From NCBI GenBank assembly GCA_963725865.1, contig CAVSAC010000010.1:96001-160000 (forward strand): a DNA stretch of 64,000 nucleotides. Direction: 5' to 3'. The position numbers and the translations under genes were made by a program. The notes beneath the pieces were generated by a model that had not been told where the DNA came from, searched no databases, and saw only the letters and a program-made list of their open reading frames with translations. Source of the DNA: Candidatus Eiseniibacteriota bacterium (lineage in GTDB: Bacteria; Eisenbacteria; RBG-16-71-46). Position 1 is the first letter of the stretch; every line of letters begins with the position of its first letter. Positions 28,067 through 37,921 of the stretch are shown piece by piece.

Positions 28067-29687
28067 GGGCGCGGCGCGCCGCCGGCGCCGCCGGGGTCGG
28101 CCTCAGCACCGTCGCACGCCCGTCGCGCGCGCGCACCCGGCGCGGGTGGTCGAGGTTGAAGTGGAGCCCGCGGCTCTCCCGCCGGCGCTGCGCCGCGCGC
28201 ACGATCAGGCTGCCCACCAGCGCGATGTTGCGCAGCTCCACCAGGTCGGGCGTCAGCCGCAGCGCGCGGTAGTCCTCCTCGATCTCCTCGCGCAGGACTC
28301 CCAGGCGCCGGTCCGCGAAGTGCAGGCGCTGATCGGTGCGCACGATCCCGACCAGGTCCCACATCACGCGGCGCACCGAGTCCCAGTCGTGCTCGAACAC
28401 CACGGTCTCGACCGCCGGCCGGGTGCCGACTGCCGACCACTCCGACGGCCGCGGCAGCCGCCGCGCGACGCGCAGCCGGCGACGCACCTCGTCGCGCGCG
28501 TGATGGGCGCCGACCAGCGCCTCGAGCAGCGAGTTGCTCGCGAGCCGGTTGGCGCCGTGCAGCCCCGTGCACGCGGTCTCCCCGATCGCCAGCAGGCCGC
28601 GCACGGCGGTGCGCCCGGACAGCGTGGCCACCACCCCGCCGCACATGTAGTGCGCGGCGGGCACCACCGGGATGGGCTCGCGCGTCAGGTCGAGTCCGTA
28701 GCCGCGCAGCGCCGCGTCGATGTTCGGGAATCGCGCGCGGATGCGCGAGGCGCGCTCGCGGGTGATGTCGAGGTAGACGTGGGGATCGCCGCGCCGCTTC
28801 AGCTCGCGGTCGATCGCGCGCGCCACCACGTCGCGTGGCGCCAGCTCCGCGAGCCGGTGGTAGCGCGGCATGAAGCGCTCGCCCCCGATCGTGCACAGCA
28901 CCGCGCCCTCGCCGCGCAGCGCCTCGCTCAGCAGGAACGACTTCGCGCGCGGATGGTAGAGGCAGGTGGGATGGAACTGCACGAACTCCAGGTTCGCGAC
29001 CGGGAGGCCGGCGCGGTACGCCATCGCGATGCCGTCGCCGGTCGCGACGTCGGGGTTCGTGGTGTAGAGGTACACCTTCCCGCACCCGCCGGTCGCCAGC
29101 ACGGTGACCCGCGCGCTGGTCGCCTCGATGCGGCCGCTGGCGCGATCCATCACGTACGCGCCCCAGCAGGCGTCGCGCCCGTTCGCGGTGCGACGGCCGC
29201 GCAGCCGTGACTCGAGGATCAGGTCGACGCCGAACTGACCCTCGACCAGCGTGATGCGCGGATGCGCGCGCGCGCGTTCGATCAGCACCCGCTCGATCGC
29301 CTGCCCCGTGAAATCGCTGGCGTGGACGATGCGCCGGTGCGAATGACCGCCCTCGCGGCCGAGCGCGAAGCCGCGCGCGGCGCGGTTGAACGGCACCCCC
29401 ATCGCGGCGAGGGCCCGCACGCGCTCGGGCGCCTCGCGCACCACCTGCCGCACCACGTCCGGATCCGAGAGCCCGGAGCCACAGGTGAGGGTGTCGCGCT
29501 CGTGGTCGCGGAAGGAGTCCTCGTGGCCGAACACCGCCGCGATGCCGCCCTGCGCCCAGTTGGTGCTGGAATCCTCCGCCGCCTGCTTCGTGAGCACCAG
29601 CACCTGCCCGTACTCGGCGGCCTCGAGCGCGAGCGACAGTCCCGCGATGCCACTGCCCAGGATGAGGACGTCGGTCTCCCGCATCAT
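28038..29687 (-). CDS. nadB: L-aspartate oxidase
   Basis: GSGIAGL, STNWAQGGIAAV, REGGHSHRRIVHA, QFHPT, HYMCGG, TGLHGANRLASNSLLE, ESRGLH. Confidence 0.95.
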   Translation of the reverse strand: MMRETDVLILGSGIAGLSLALEAAEYGQVLVLTKQAAEDSSTNWAQGGIAAVFGHEDSFRDHERDTLTCGSGLSDPDVVRQVVREAPERVRALAAMGVPFNRAARGFALGREGGHSHRRIVHASDFTGQAIERVLIERARAHPRITLVEGQFGVDLILESRLRGRRTANGRDACWGAYVMDRASGRIEATSARVTVLATGGCGKVYLYTTNPDVATGDGIAMAYRAGLPVANLEFVQFHPTCLYHPRAKSFLLSEALRGEGAVLCTIGGERFMPRYHRLAELAPRDVVARAIDRELKRRGDPHVYLDITRERASRIRARFPNIDAALRGYGLDLTREPIPVVPAAHYMCGGVVATLSGRTAVRGLLAIGETACTGLHGANRLASNSLLEALVGAHHARDEVRRRLRVARRLPRPSEWSAVGTRPAVETVVFEHDWDSVRRVMWDLVGIVRTDQRLHFADRRLGVLREEIEEDYRALRLTPDLVELRNIALVGSLIVRAAQRRRESRGLHFNLDHPRRVRARDGRATVLRPTPAAPAARRALAGRARSTL

Positions 29688-30637
29688 GCCTCCCCGCCGA
29701 GCGCCAGCCGCTCGATCCGCGCTCCGCCCGCGATCCACTCCCACCGCACCTCGAGCACCCGCACGTCCTCAGCCGCCACCTCGCGCGGCCATCGTACCGC
29801 GTCCTTCGCGGTGAGCAGCACCTCCGCGTGGTCGCGGCGCGCGGCCGCCAGCTCGCGGCGGACTTCGGCGGCGCCGAACCAGTGATGGTCGCGGTAGGCC
29901 GCCACCGCCGCCACCTCGAGCCCCGCCTCGAGCGCGCTGGCCCGCACCGCGGCCGGGTTGCCGGTCGCCGTCACCACCCGCACGCGAGTCGCCGTCGCCG
30001 GCGTGCCGTCGAGCGCGTGCACGCCGGCGACCCGGTGGCGCGCGGTCGCGACCAGCGCCGCGGGAGCGGCGCGCCGCACCGCGGCCAGCAGCGGCTCGGG
30101 GTCCTGGCCCGGTACCAGCCGCGACACCACCACCGCGCTCGCGCGCTGCAGCGCGCGCAGCGGCTCGCGCAGCCGGCCAGCCGGCAGCAGGCGGCCGCCG
30201 CCCCACGGATCGCTGGCGTCCACCAGCACCAGGTCCACGTCGCGCGCGAGGCCCCAGTGCGAGAACCCGTCGTCGACCACGATCCAGCGCGCTCCCGCCG
30301 CCGCGGCGGCCCGCGCGAGATCGCGCTTGACCGTGCCTGCCCGCACCGCCGCCTCGCCGAGTACCGCCGCGTACATCAGCTCCTCGTCGCCGCGCCCGCC
30401 CGGTCCCGGCCGGTAGCGGCGGCACACCACCACCGGCGCGCGCCCCGCCGCGCGCGCGAGCTGCGCGAGGTGGAGCGTGAGCGTGGTCTTGCCGGTGCCG
30501 CCGACGGTCAGGTTGCCCACGCTCACCACGCGCGCCGGCACCCGCTCGGGCACGCGCAGCCCGCGCGCGTACAGCCGCCGGCGGGTCTCCCAGGCCGCGC
30601 GCGCCGCGCGCTCGCCGAGCTCGAGCAGCACGTTCAC
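29684..30637 (-). CDS. lpxK: Tetraacyldisaccharide 4'-kinase
   Basis: VSVGNLTVGGTGKT, DDGFSH, LLPAGRLREP, DHH, LTAKDAVR. Confidence 0.92.
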   Translation of the reverse strand: MNVLLELGERAARAAWETRRRLYARGLRVPERVPARVVSVGNLTVGGTGKTTLTLHLAQLARAAGRAPVVVCRRYRPGPGGRGDEELMYAAVLGEAAVRAGTVKRDLARAAAAAGARWIVVDDGFSHWGLARDVDLVLVDASDPWGGGRLLPAGRLREPLRALQRASAVVVSRLVPGQDPEPLLAAVRRAAPAALVATARHRVAGVHALDGTPATATRVRVVTATGNPAAVRASALEAGLEVAAVAAYRDHHWFGAAEVRRELAAARRDHAEVLLTAKDAVRWPREVAAEDVRVLEVRWEWIAGGARIERLALGGEA

Positions 30638-31890
30638 GCGTCCACCGGCCAGAGCCGCCAGCCGACCAGCGCGTGCGCCGCGCGCTGGGCCGCCCCGCGG
30701 GCATCCGCCACGGTCGCCAGCGCGGCGGCCGCGCAGCGCGCGCGCGCGTCGTCGTCGCCCAGCAGCTCGCCCAGCGCGGCCGCCAGGTCGGGGCCATCGC
30801 GCACCACCCGCACCCCGCCACGTTCCGCGAGCGCCCGGATCGCGGCGGCCTGCGAGGTGGTGTGGCTGCCGGTCAGCACCGCCGCGCCGCAGGCCGCCGG
30901 CTCGAGCGGGTTGTGCCCGCCGTAGGGCAACAGGCTCCCGCCGACGAACGCCACGTCGGCGCCGGCGTACCACGCGTTCAGCACCCCGAGGGACTCCTCC
31001 CAGCGCCACGCTCCGTCGCGCGGCGCGCCCTCCGTCACCAGCGTCACCCCGCGCGAGCGCGCCTCCTCGCGCAGTTCCGGCGCCGCCCGCGGGTGGCGCG
31101 GCAGCGTCGCCACCTGCCAGCGCGCCCGCAGCCGCTCGTCCAGCATGCCCCACGCCTGAGCGAGCAGCTTCGCCTCGCCGGGCCGCACGCTGCCGAGCAC
31201 CAGCAGTGGCCGCGCCGCGTCGAGGCCGAGCGCGCGCCGCGCGGCCGCCCGGTCCACCGGCGCCCGCGGGAGCGAATCGTTCTTGAGGTTGCCCACCACG
31301 CGGATGCGCGCGGCCGGCGCGCCGATGCGCTGCCAGCGCGCGGCGTCCTCGTCGCTCTGGCAGAGCACCGCCTCCAGCCCGCCCGCCAGCTCGCGCAGCC
31401 CTTCGCCCAGCCGCCCGTAGCCGCGCACCGAGCGCTCGGAGAGCCGGGCGCTGACGAACGCCACCGGCACGCGGGCGGCGCGCGCGTGCAGCAGCCAGTG
31501 CGGCCACAGCTCGGTCTCCACCACGAACAGCCGCCGCGGCCGCACCGCCGCGAAGAAGCGCCCGACCGCCTGCGGCGCGTCGATCGGCGCCAGCGAGACC
31601 GGCCACTCGAGCGCCAGCAGCCGCTCGCGCCCGGCGCGCGTGGTCGCGGTCAGCACCAGCCGCGCCGCGGGCTGGAACGCCAGCAACTCGCGCACCAGCG
31701 GCGGCACCGCGCCCGCCTCGCCCAGCGAGGCGGCGTGGACCCACGCATCGCACGGACCGCGCGCGGGCGTGCGGCCCATCCGCTCGCCCCAGTACACGCG
31801 CTCGTTCGGCGAGGCGAACCAGCGCGCCGCCGGCGCCAGCGCGCCGAGCGCCGGCGCGACCGCACGATAGGCGCTCCAAGCCAGGCTCAT
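30634..31890 (-). CDS. waaA: Kdo transferase
   Basis: WVHAASLGE, VETELWP, GNLKND, PRHP, FVGGSL...GGHNPLEPA. Confidence 0.94.
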   Translation of the reverse strand: MSLAWSAYRAVAPALGALAPAARWFASPNERVYWGERMGRTPARGPCDAWVHAASLGEAGAVPPLVRELLAFQPAARLVLTATTRAGRERLLALEWPVSLAPIDAPQAVGRFFAAVRPRRLFVVETELWPHWLLHARAARVPVAFVSARLSERSVRGYGRLGEGLRELAGGLEAVLCQSDEDAARWQRIGAPAARIRVVGNLKNDSLPRAPVDRAAARRALGLDAARPLLVLGSVRPGEAKLLAQAWGMLDERLRARWQVATLPRHPRAAPELREEARSRGVTLVTEGAPRDGAWRWEESLGVLNAWYAGADVAFVGGSLLPYGGHNPLEPAACGAAVLTGSHTTSQAAAIRALAERGGVRVVRDGPDLAAALGELLGDDDARARCAAAALATVADARGAAQRAAHALVGWRLWPVDA

Positions 31891-32552
31891 GCGGTCTCCC
31901 GCGCGCGCGCTCGCACGTCGGCCGTGAGCGTCCGCAGCGCCTGCTCCAGCCGCGCGCGCCAGCTCTCGGCGGCCGCCTCGTCGAGGTCGCGCGGCACCTC
32001 GATCGGATCGCCGTACGCCAGCACCACCCGCGCGAACGGCTGCGGCACCAGAAATCCGTCCCACGAGCGCGCCACCCACGCGCGCCGGGATCCGGTCGCG
32101 ACCGGCACCACCGGCCAGCCGGTCCGCGCCGCCAGCCACACCAGCCCCGGCTTGAGCACTTCCGCCGGACCGCGCGGGCCGTCCGGGGTGACCGCGAGCG
32201 AGCGGCCGCGCGCCGCCCACTCGAGCATCTCCTGGGCCCCCGCGCGGCCGGCGCGATGGCTCGACCCGCGCGCGGCGACGAAGCCCAGGCGCTCGATCAC
32301 GCGAGTGATGAGCTCGCCGTCGCGGCTGCGGCTCACCAGGGCGGCGACCCCGAGGTCGCGATGCGAGTACAGCGTGGGCAGCAGACACGCGTGCCACAGC
32401 GCGAAGATGTAGCGCTGACCGCCCGCGAGTCGCTCGTCGACCTCGCGCGTCCGCACCCGCTCGAACCGCCACGTGCCCGCCAGCAGCCGGAACACCCCGG
32501 TGCCCGCGAGCGCGGCCGGCTCCACCCACCACGGCATGCGGCCGGCGCTCAC
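31887..32552 (-). CDS. DUF374 lysophospholipid acyltransferase family protein (LpxJ-like)
   Basis: FALWH, VSRSRDGE, RGSS, TPDGPRGP, SWD...PQPF. Confidence 0.85.
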   Translation of the reverse strand: MSAGRMPWWVEPAALAGTGVFRLLAGTWRFERVRTREVDERLAGGQRYIFALWHACLLPTLYSHRDLGVAALVSRSRDGELITRVIERLGFVAARGSSHRAGRAGAQEMLEWAARGRSLAVTPDGPRGPAEVLKPGLVWLAARTGWPVVPVATGSRRAWVARSWDGFLVPQPFARVVLAYGDPIEVPRDLDEAAAESWRARLEQALRTLTADVRARARETA

Positions 32553-33688
32553 GCCACCAGCTCCCGCAGCCATTCCGCCGCGCGCGCCGCCGCGCCGGGA
32601 CCGCCGAGCCGCGCGCGCACCCGCGCCACCTTCGCGCGCGCCGCGGCGCGGGCCGCCAGATCGTCGAGCCACGGCGCCAGCGCGGCGGCCAGCCGCTCGG
32701 AGGTGAGGCCGGCCTGGATCAGCTCCGGCGCCACGTCCTCACCGGCGATGATGTTGGGCAGCCCGATGCGCTCGAGCGTGATCAGGCGTCGCGCGATCCA
32801 GTGGTTGAGGGGGCTGGTGCGGTAGACGATCGCGAGCGGGGTGCCGAGCAGCGCGGTCTCGAGCGTCGCGGTGCCCGACGCGACGGCGCACGCGGTGGAG
32901 TGGGCCTGCACCGCGTGGGTGCGCCCCTCGACCACGCGCACGCCATCGAGCGGCCCGCCGAGCGCCTCGACGGCCGCCCGCGAATAGCCCGGTGCGGCTG
33001 CCAGCACCGCGACCAGTCCGGGTCGCGAGCGCATCAGCGCGCGCGCCGCCGCGGCCATCACCGGCACGTGGGCGCGCAGCTCGTGGCGCCGGCTGCCCGG
33101 CAGCAGCCCGAGCAGCGGCGTCCCGGGGGCCACGCCCAGTTCGGCGCGCAGTGTGGCGGCGTCCACTTCGGGGGCGAGCTCCTCCATCAGCGGATGGCCC
33201 ACGAAGCGCGTCGGCACCCCGGCGGCGCGGAACAGCTCTTCCTCGAACGGGAACACCACCGCGAGGCGGTCCACCCAGCGCGCCATCTGCGCCGCGCGCT
33301 CCGGGTGCCACGCCCACACCTGCGGGGCGATGTAGTAGAAGACCGGCACGCCGAGGCGCTTCAGGCGCGGTCCGAGCCGCAGGTTGAATCCGGGAGCGTC
33401 GACCAGCACGGCCGCATGCGGACGGAAGCGGCGCGCTTCCTCGATCAGCGCGCGGTAGACCCCGAAGATGCGGGGCAGCCGTGGGAGCACCGAGGTGAAG
33501 CCGATGATCGACAGCGCGTCCATCGAGGCGACCCGCTCCGCGCCGGCCGCCTCGAGCGCCGGACCGGTGAGCCCGCGCACCACGCACGGCCCCCCCGCCC
33601 GCAGCGCCGTCACCAGCCGCGCCGCGTGCCGGTCGCCGGAGGTCTCCCCCGCGACGATCAGGAAGCGGCGCTGGTCGCCGTCGCCCAC
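32549..33688 (-). CDS. lpxB: Lipid-A-disaccharide synthase
   Basis: VAGETSGD, DAPGFN, YYIAPQVWAW, FVGHPL, LLPGSR, SGTATLE, IGLPNI. Confidence 0.95.
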   Translation of the reverse strand: MGDGDQRRFLIVAGETSGDRHAARLVTALRAGGPCVVRGLTGPALEAAGAERVASMDALSIIGFTSVLPRLPRIFGVYRALIEEARRFRPHAAVLVDAPGFNLRLGPRLKRLGVPVFYYIAPQVWAWHPERAAQMARWVDRLAVVFPFEEELFRAAGVPTRFVGHPLMEELAPEVDAATLRAELGVAPGTPLLGLLPGSRRHELRAHVPVMAAAARALMRSRPGLVAVLAAAPGYSRAAVEALGGPLDGVRVVEGRTHAVQAHSTACAVASGTATLETALLGTPLAIVYRTSPLNHWIARRLITLERIGLPNIIAGEDVAPELIQAGLTSERLAAALAPWLDDLAARAAARAKVARVRARLGGPGAAARAAEWLRELVA

Positions 33689-34656
33689 TGCTGCGCCCGT
33701 CGACGCATCGCTGCCTGCACCTCGGCGGCCACCCGCACCGCCGCCCGTCCGGCCGCGGCCGAGGCGGCGCCCTCGCCGGCCCCGCGCAGCGAGAGCACGA
33801 ACGCGCTCAGCTGGAGTCCCAGCGGCTCGCCGGGCACCGCGGTGAACGATCGCCGCTCGATGCCCGCCAGCAGCGCGAGCGGATCCACCTGGCCGGGCTT
33901 GAAGGAATTCGGCGACTGGATGCGGAACATCTCGCCCGTCTTCTCGAACAGGTCGATCGACAGGTAGGCGTCGCCCTGGAAGAACCGCAGCCGCCGCAGG
34001 CGCTCGACCGAGACCCGGCTGGCGGTCAGGTTCGCCACGCAGCCGTCCGGGAACTCCAGCCGCGCGTTCGCGATGTCCTCGTGCGCCGACAGCACCGCCA
34101 CGCCGACCGCCGAGATCGTGCTCGGGCTCTGCCCGACGAACGCCAGCACCGCGTCGATGTCGTGGATCATGAGGTCGAACACCACGTCGATGTCGAGCGA
34201 GCGCGGCTGGAACGGCGCCAGCCGGTGGCCCTCGATGAAGCGCGGACCGTGCACGTGGGGACGCGCCGCCAGCAGCACCGGATTGAAGCGCTCGACCTGG
34301 CCGACCTGGAGGATCACGCCGGCGCGCTCGGCGGCCGCGATCATCGCGTCCGTCTCCGCGGGCGAGAACGCCATCGGCTTCTCGACCAGCACGTGCCGGC
34401 CCGCGGCGCACGCGCGCTCGACCGCCTCGCGGTGCGCGACGGTCGGCACCGCGACCGAGACCGCCTCCACCGCGTCCAGCAGCGACTCCGGCGAGTCGTG
34501 GATGGGGCACTGGTACCGCGCGGCCACCGCGGCGGCGCGCTCCGCGTCGACGTCGTAGACGCCGGCCAGCGACGCCTCGGGCATTGCGGCATAGACCCGC
34601 GCGTGCTTCTCGCCCCACACCCCGACGCCCCACACCCCGACCCGCACCGGCTTCAT
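33658..34656 (-). CDS. Gfo/Idh/MocA oxidoreductase, GnnA-like
   Basis: GVGVWG, HVLVEKP, VGQVERFNP, DVVFDLMIHDID, ANLTASRVS; lies between lpxA and lpxB. Confidence 0.85.
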   Translation of the reverse strand: MKPVRVGVWGVGVWGEKHARVYAAMPEASLAGVYDVDAERAAAVAARYQCPIHDSPESLLDAVEAVSVAVPTVAHREAVERACAAGRHVLVEKPMAFSPAETDAMIAAAERAGVILQVGQVERFNPVLLAARPHVHGPRFIEGHRLAPFQPRSLDIDVVFDLMIHDIDAVLAFVGQSPSTISAVGVAVLSAHEDIANARLEFPDGCVANLTASRVSVERLRRLRFFQGDAYLSIDLFEKTGEMFRIQSPNSFKPGQVDPLALLAGIERRSFTAVPGEPLGLQLSAFVLSLRGAGEGAASAAAGRAAVRVAAEVQAAMRRRAQQWATATSAAS

Positions 34657-34666
34657 GCGTCCTCCC

Positions 34667-35443
34667 TCAGCGGGTGATGCCGCGCGCCGAGGTCTCGCAG
34701 AACCGCGCGAAGTGCTCGACCTCGGGCACGCCCGGATGCTCCGCCCGGATGCGCTCGACCGCCTGCGTCACGGTCAGACCCTGGCGGAAGAACAGGCGAT
34801 AGGCGCCCTCGATCGCCGCCACCGTCGCGGCGTCGAATCCCCGGCGCTGGAGTCCGATCGTGTTGACCCCCGCGAGCCGCGGCGGGCTGCCCCCCAGCCT
34901 CACGTAGGGAGCGACGTCCTGCGGGATGCGCGAGCCGCCGCCGATCATGCAGTGCGCGCCGATGCGCACGAACTGGTGGACCACCGTGCTGCCTCCCACG
35001 ATCGCCCAGTCCTCGATCGCGACGTAGCCCGCGAACTGGACCGCGTTCGCCACGATGACGTGGTCGCCCAGCGCGCAGTTGTGCGCGACGTGCGAGTAGG
35101 CCATCAGCAGGCAGTCGCTGCCCACGCGCGTGGTGGCGCCCGGCTCGGTGGCGAGGTTCGCGGTCGCGAACTCGCGCATCACGGTGCGGTCGCCGATCAC
35201 GAGGTACGAGGGCTCGCCCAGGTACTTGAGGTCCTGCGGCGCGCTGCCGGCCACCGCCGCGTGATGGAAGTGGCAATCGTGGCCGATCGTGGTCCAGCCG
35301 GTCAGCAGCACGTGCGCGTCGATGCGCGTGCGGTCGCCGACCGTCACGTCCGGGCCGATCACCGCCCCCGGACCGATGACCACGTCGACGCCGAGCCGTG
35401 CCTTGCGATCGACGAACGCGGCGTCGTGCACCTGGACGCTCAT
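34667..35443 (-). CDS. lpxA: Acyl-ACP--UDP-N-acetylglucosamine acyltransferase
   Basis: Hexapeptide repeats, PQDLKY, YSHVAHNC, VHQFVRIG, GVNTIGLQRRGF. Confidence 0.95.
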   Translation of the reverse strand: MSVQVHDAAFVDRKARLGVDVVIGPGAVIGPDVTVGDRTRIDAHVLLTGWTTIGHDCHFHHAAVAGSAPQDLKYLGEPSYLVIGDRTVMREFATANLATEPGATTRVGSDCLLMAYSHVAHNCALGDHVIVANAVQFAGYVAIEDWAIVGGSTVVHQFVRIGAHCMIGGGSRIPQDVAPYVRLGGSPPRLAGVNTIGLQRRGFDAATVAAIEGAYRLFFRQGLTVTQAVERIRAEHPGVPEVEHFARFCETSARGITR

Positions 35444-36750
35444 GCCGGCCGCCGATCCACGATGGTGGCCAACAGCTCGGCCTCCGCCACCAGCTGGCCG
35501 TCCACGAACGCCTCGCCGCGCATGCGGGACACGCGGTTCTTGAGCTTGAGCAGCGTCAGCCGCATACGAAGCTGGTCGCCCGGCGTCACCGGTCGGCGGA
35601 AGCGCGCGCCGTCGATGCCCATGAAGTACATCAGCTTGTCGTTCGGGTCGTCGACCGAGTTCAGCAGCAGCAGGCCGCCCACCTGCGCCATCGCCTCGAG
35701 GATCAGGACCGCGGGCATCACCGGATGCCCCGGGAAATGCCCGACGAAGAACGGCTCGTTGATCGTGACGTTCTTGATCCCCTCGATACTCTGGCCTTCC
35801 TCGATGCGCGTGATCCGGTCCACCAGCAGGAACGGGTAGCGATGCGGCATGATGTCGAGGATCGCGGTGATGTCCCACTCCTCCGGCGGACCGCCCGCGC
35901 GCCGCCCGGGCAGCGGCAGCGACTCCTTGAGCCGCTTCACGAACTGCACGTGGCCCTGGTGGCCCGAGCGCAGCGCGGTGACGTGGCCGAGCAGCGGACC
36001 CCCGAGGATGAACAGGTCGCCGAGCAGGTCGAGGATCTTGTGGCGCACGAACTCGTCCGGGTAGCGCAGCCCGCCCGGGTTCCGCACGCCGTGCTCGCCC
36101 ACCACGAGGGCGCTCTCGATCCGGCCGCCCTTGATCCAGCCGGCCGCCCGCAGCCCCTCGAGGTCGCGCTCGAGCACGAACGTACGGGCGGGCGCGATGT
36201 CGCGCATGAAAGTCTGCTCGTCGATGTCGAGCGAGAGGGTCTGCCGGCCGATGAAGCTGTCCGGATAATCGATCGTGAACGTGATCTTGAAACCCTGGTA
36301 GGGCACCGCGTGCAACTCGACGCCGTCCTCGCTCCAGTGCACCGGCTTGGTGACCTTGATGTGGCTGCGCGGCTTGTCCTGGGTCTCGAGGCCGGTCTCC
36401 ATCAGCAGCCGGGCGATCGGGAGCGCGCTGCCGTCGGCCGGCTCGGGGATCTCCATCGTCGAGGTCTCGATCAGCAGGTTGTCGATCCCGACCCCTGCGA
36501 CCGCCGCGAGCACGTGCTCCATGGTGTGGATCTGCACGTCGTCCTGCACCAGGATCGTGCGGCGCCCCGCGCGCGGGTCGAAGTACGCGTTCTCGGGCCG
36601 CACCTGGACCGTCGGGCGCCCCGGCAGGTCGGTGCGCACGAAGCGCACGCCGGTGCCGACCGCGGCCGGCTTGAACACCACCATCCCGCGCTCGCCGGTG
36701 TGCAGACCCACGCCCTCGAGCGCGGCCTCGCGCGTGATGGTCCGCTGCAT
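35440..36750 (-). CDS. lpxC-fabZ: Bifunctional LpxC deacetylase / FabZ dehydratase
   Basis: QRTI...GVGLHTG, TMEHVLAA, DGSA, IAPARTF, EFVRHKILDLLGDL, then MPHRYPFLLVD...GHFPGHPVMP...EAMAQ. Confidence 0.95.
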   Translation of the reverse strand: MQRTITREAALEGVGLHTGERGMVVFKPAAVGTGVRFVRTDLPGRPTVQVRPENAYFDPRAGRRTILVQDDVQIHTMEHVLAAVAGVGIDNLLIETSTMEIPEPADGSALPIARLLMETGLETQDKPRSHIKVTKPVHWSEDGVELHAVPYQGFKITFTIDYPDSFIGRQTLSLDIDEQTFMRDIAPARTFVLERDLEGLRAAGWIKGGRIESALVVGEHGVRNPGGLRYPDEFVRHKILDLLGDLFILGGPLLGHVTALRSGHQGHVQFVKRLKESLPLPGRRAGGPPEEWDITAILDIMPHRYPFLLVDRITRIEEGQSIEGIKNVTINEPFFVGHFPGHPVMPAVLILEAMAQVGGLLLLNSVDDPNDKLMYFMGIDGARFRRPVTPGDQLRMRLTLLKLKNRVSRMRGEAFVDGQLVAEAELLATIVDRRPA

Positions 36751-36758
36751 GCGACCCT

Positions 36759-37820
36759 TCAACGGACGCCCTCCCGTTCGTTCTCGCGTTCGTTCTGCTG
36801 CTCGAGCGCCGCCACCCGGCCCTCGAGCGCCTTGGCGCGCCGGAACAGGTCCGGCAGCTTCTGGAGGTAAGCGTTGATGCGCTTGAACAGCATCAGCGGA
36901 AGCGCCGGGTAGCCGAACACCTGCGCGCCCGGTGGGACCGACTTCGAGACCCCGCTCTGCCCGCCGATCTGGGCGCCGCGTCCGATCGTGATGTGGCCGA
37001 TCAGACCGGCCTGGCCCGCGACCGTGACGTAGTCCTCGAGCCGCGTGCTGCCCGAGATGCCGACCTGCGCCACGATGATGCAGTGCTCGCCCACCACCAC
37101 GTTGTGGCCGATCTGCACCAGGTTGTCGATCTTGGTCCCGCTCCCGATGCGGGTCGCGTCGGTGGTGGCCCGGTCGATGGTGACGTTCGCGCCGATCTCG
37201 ACGTCGTCGCCGATGAAGACGTTCCCCACCTGCGGGACCTTGTGGTAGCGCCCGCTGTCGAACGCGAACCCGAATCCGTCGCTGCCGATCACGGTGCCGG
37301 GATGGACGATGCAGCGATCGCCGAGCGAGCACTCCTCCCGCACCACTACGTTCGGGTAGAGGTAGGTCTCCGCGCCGATCGCCGCGTTCACGCCCAGGTA
37401 GCAGCTCGCCATCATCACCGCGCGATCGCCTACGCGCGCGCCACGCTCCACGGTGCAGTGGGGACCGATCGACACGCCTTCGCCGACCTGCGCGTCGGGT
37501 GCGATCACGGCGGACGGGTGGACGCCGACCGCCGGACGATAGACGTCGGGCCGGAACAGGCGCACGGCCCGCTGGAACGCCAGATAGGGATTTGCGACCT
37601 TCAGCAGCGCAACGCCCGACTCGCGGGCATCATAGGAGATGATCACCGCAGAAGCGCGGGTCTCGCCCAGGTAGGAGTCGTAGCGGGAATTGGCGATGAA
37701 CGTGATGTCACCCGGCATCGCCTCGCGGATGCCGGCGACGCCGCGGATCACGATTGATCCGTCCCCCACCACCTCGCCGTCCAGCTCGGCCGCCAGTTGG
37801 TCCAATGTCAGGGTGATCAT
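36759..37820 (-). CDS. lpxD: UDP-3-O-acylglucosamine N-acyltransferase
   Basis: IGSDGFGF, VPQVGNV, EIGANVTIDRA, KIDNLVQIGHNV. Confidence 0.96.
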   Translation of the reverse strand: MITLTLDQLAAELDGEVVGDGSIVIRGVAGIREAMPGDITFIANSRYDSYLGETRASAVIISYDARESGVALLKVANPYLAFQRAVRLFRPDVYRPAVGVHPSAVIAPDAQVGEGVSIGPHCTVERGARVGDRAVMMASCYLGVNAAIGAETYLYPNVVVREECSLGDRCIVHPGTVIGSDGFGFAFDSGRYHKVPQVGNVFIGDDVEIGANVTIDRATTDATRIGSGTKIDNLVQIGHNVVVGEHCIIVAQVGISGSTRLEDYVTVAGQAGLIGHITIGRGAQIGGQSGVSKSVPPGAQVFGYPALPLMLFKRINAYLQKLPDLFRRAKALEGRVAALEQQNERENEREGVR

Positions 37821-37921
37821 CCTTCACCTTCCCGGGCCATCCACGGGGACGGCCCTCCTCGGCCCCCGGCGCCGCCGGCGGGGACCGTCGGCGCGGGCGC
37901 GGCCCGCGGTCCTGCCCCGCC

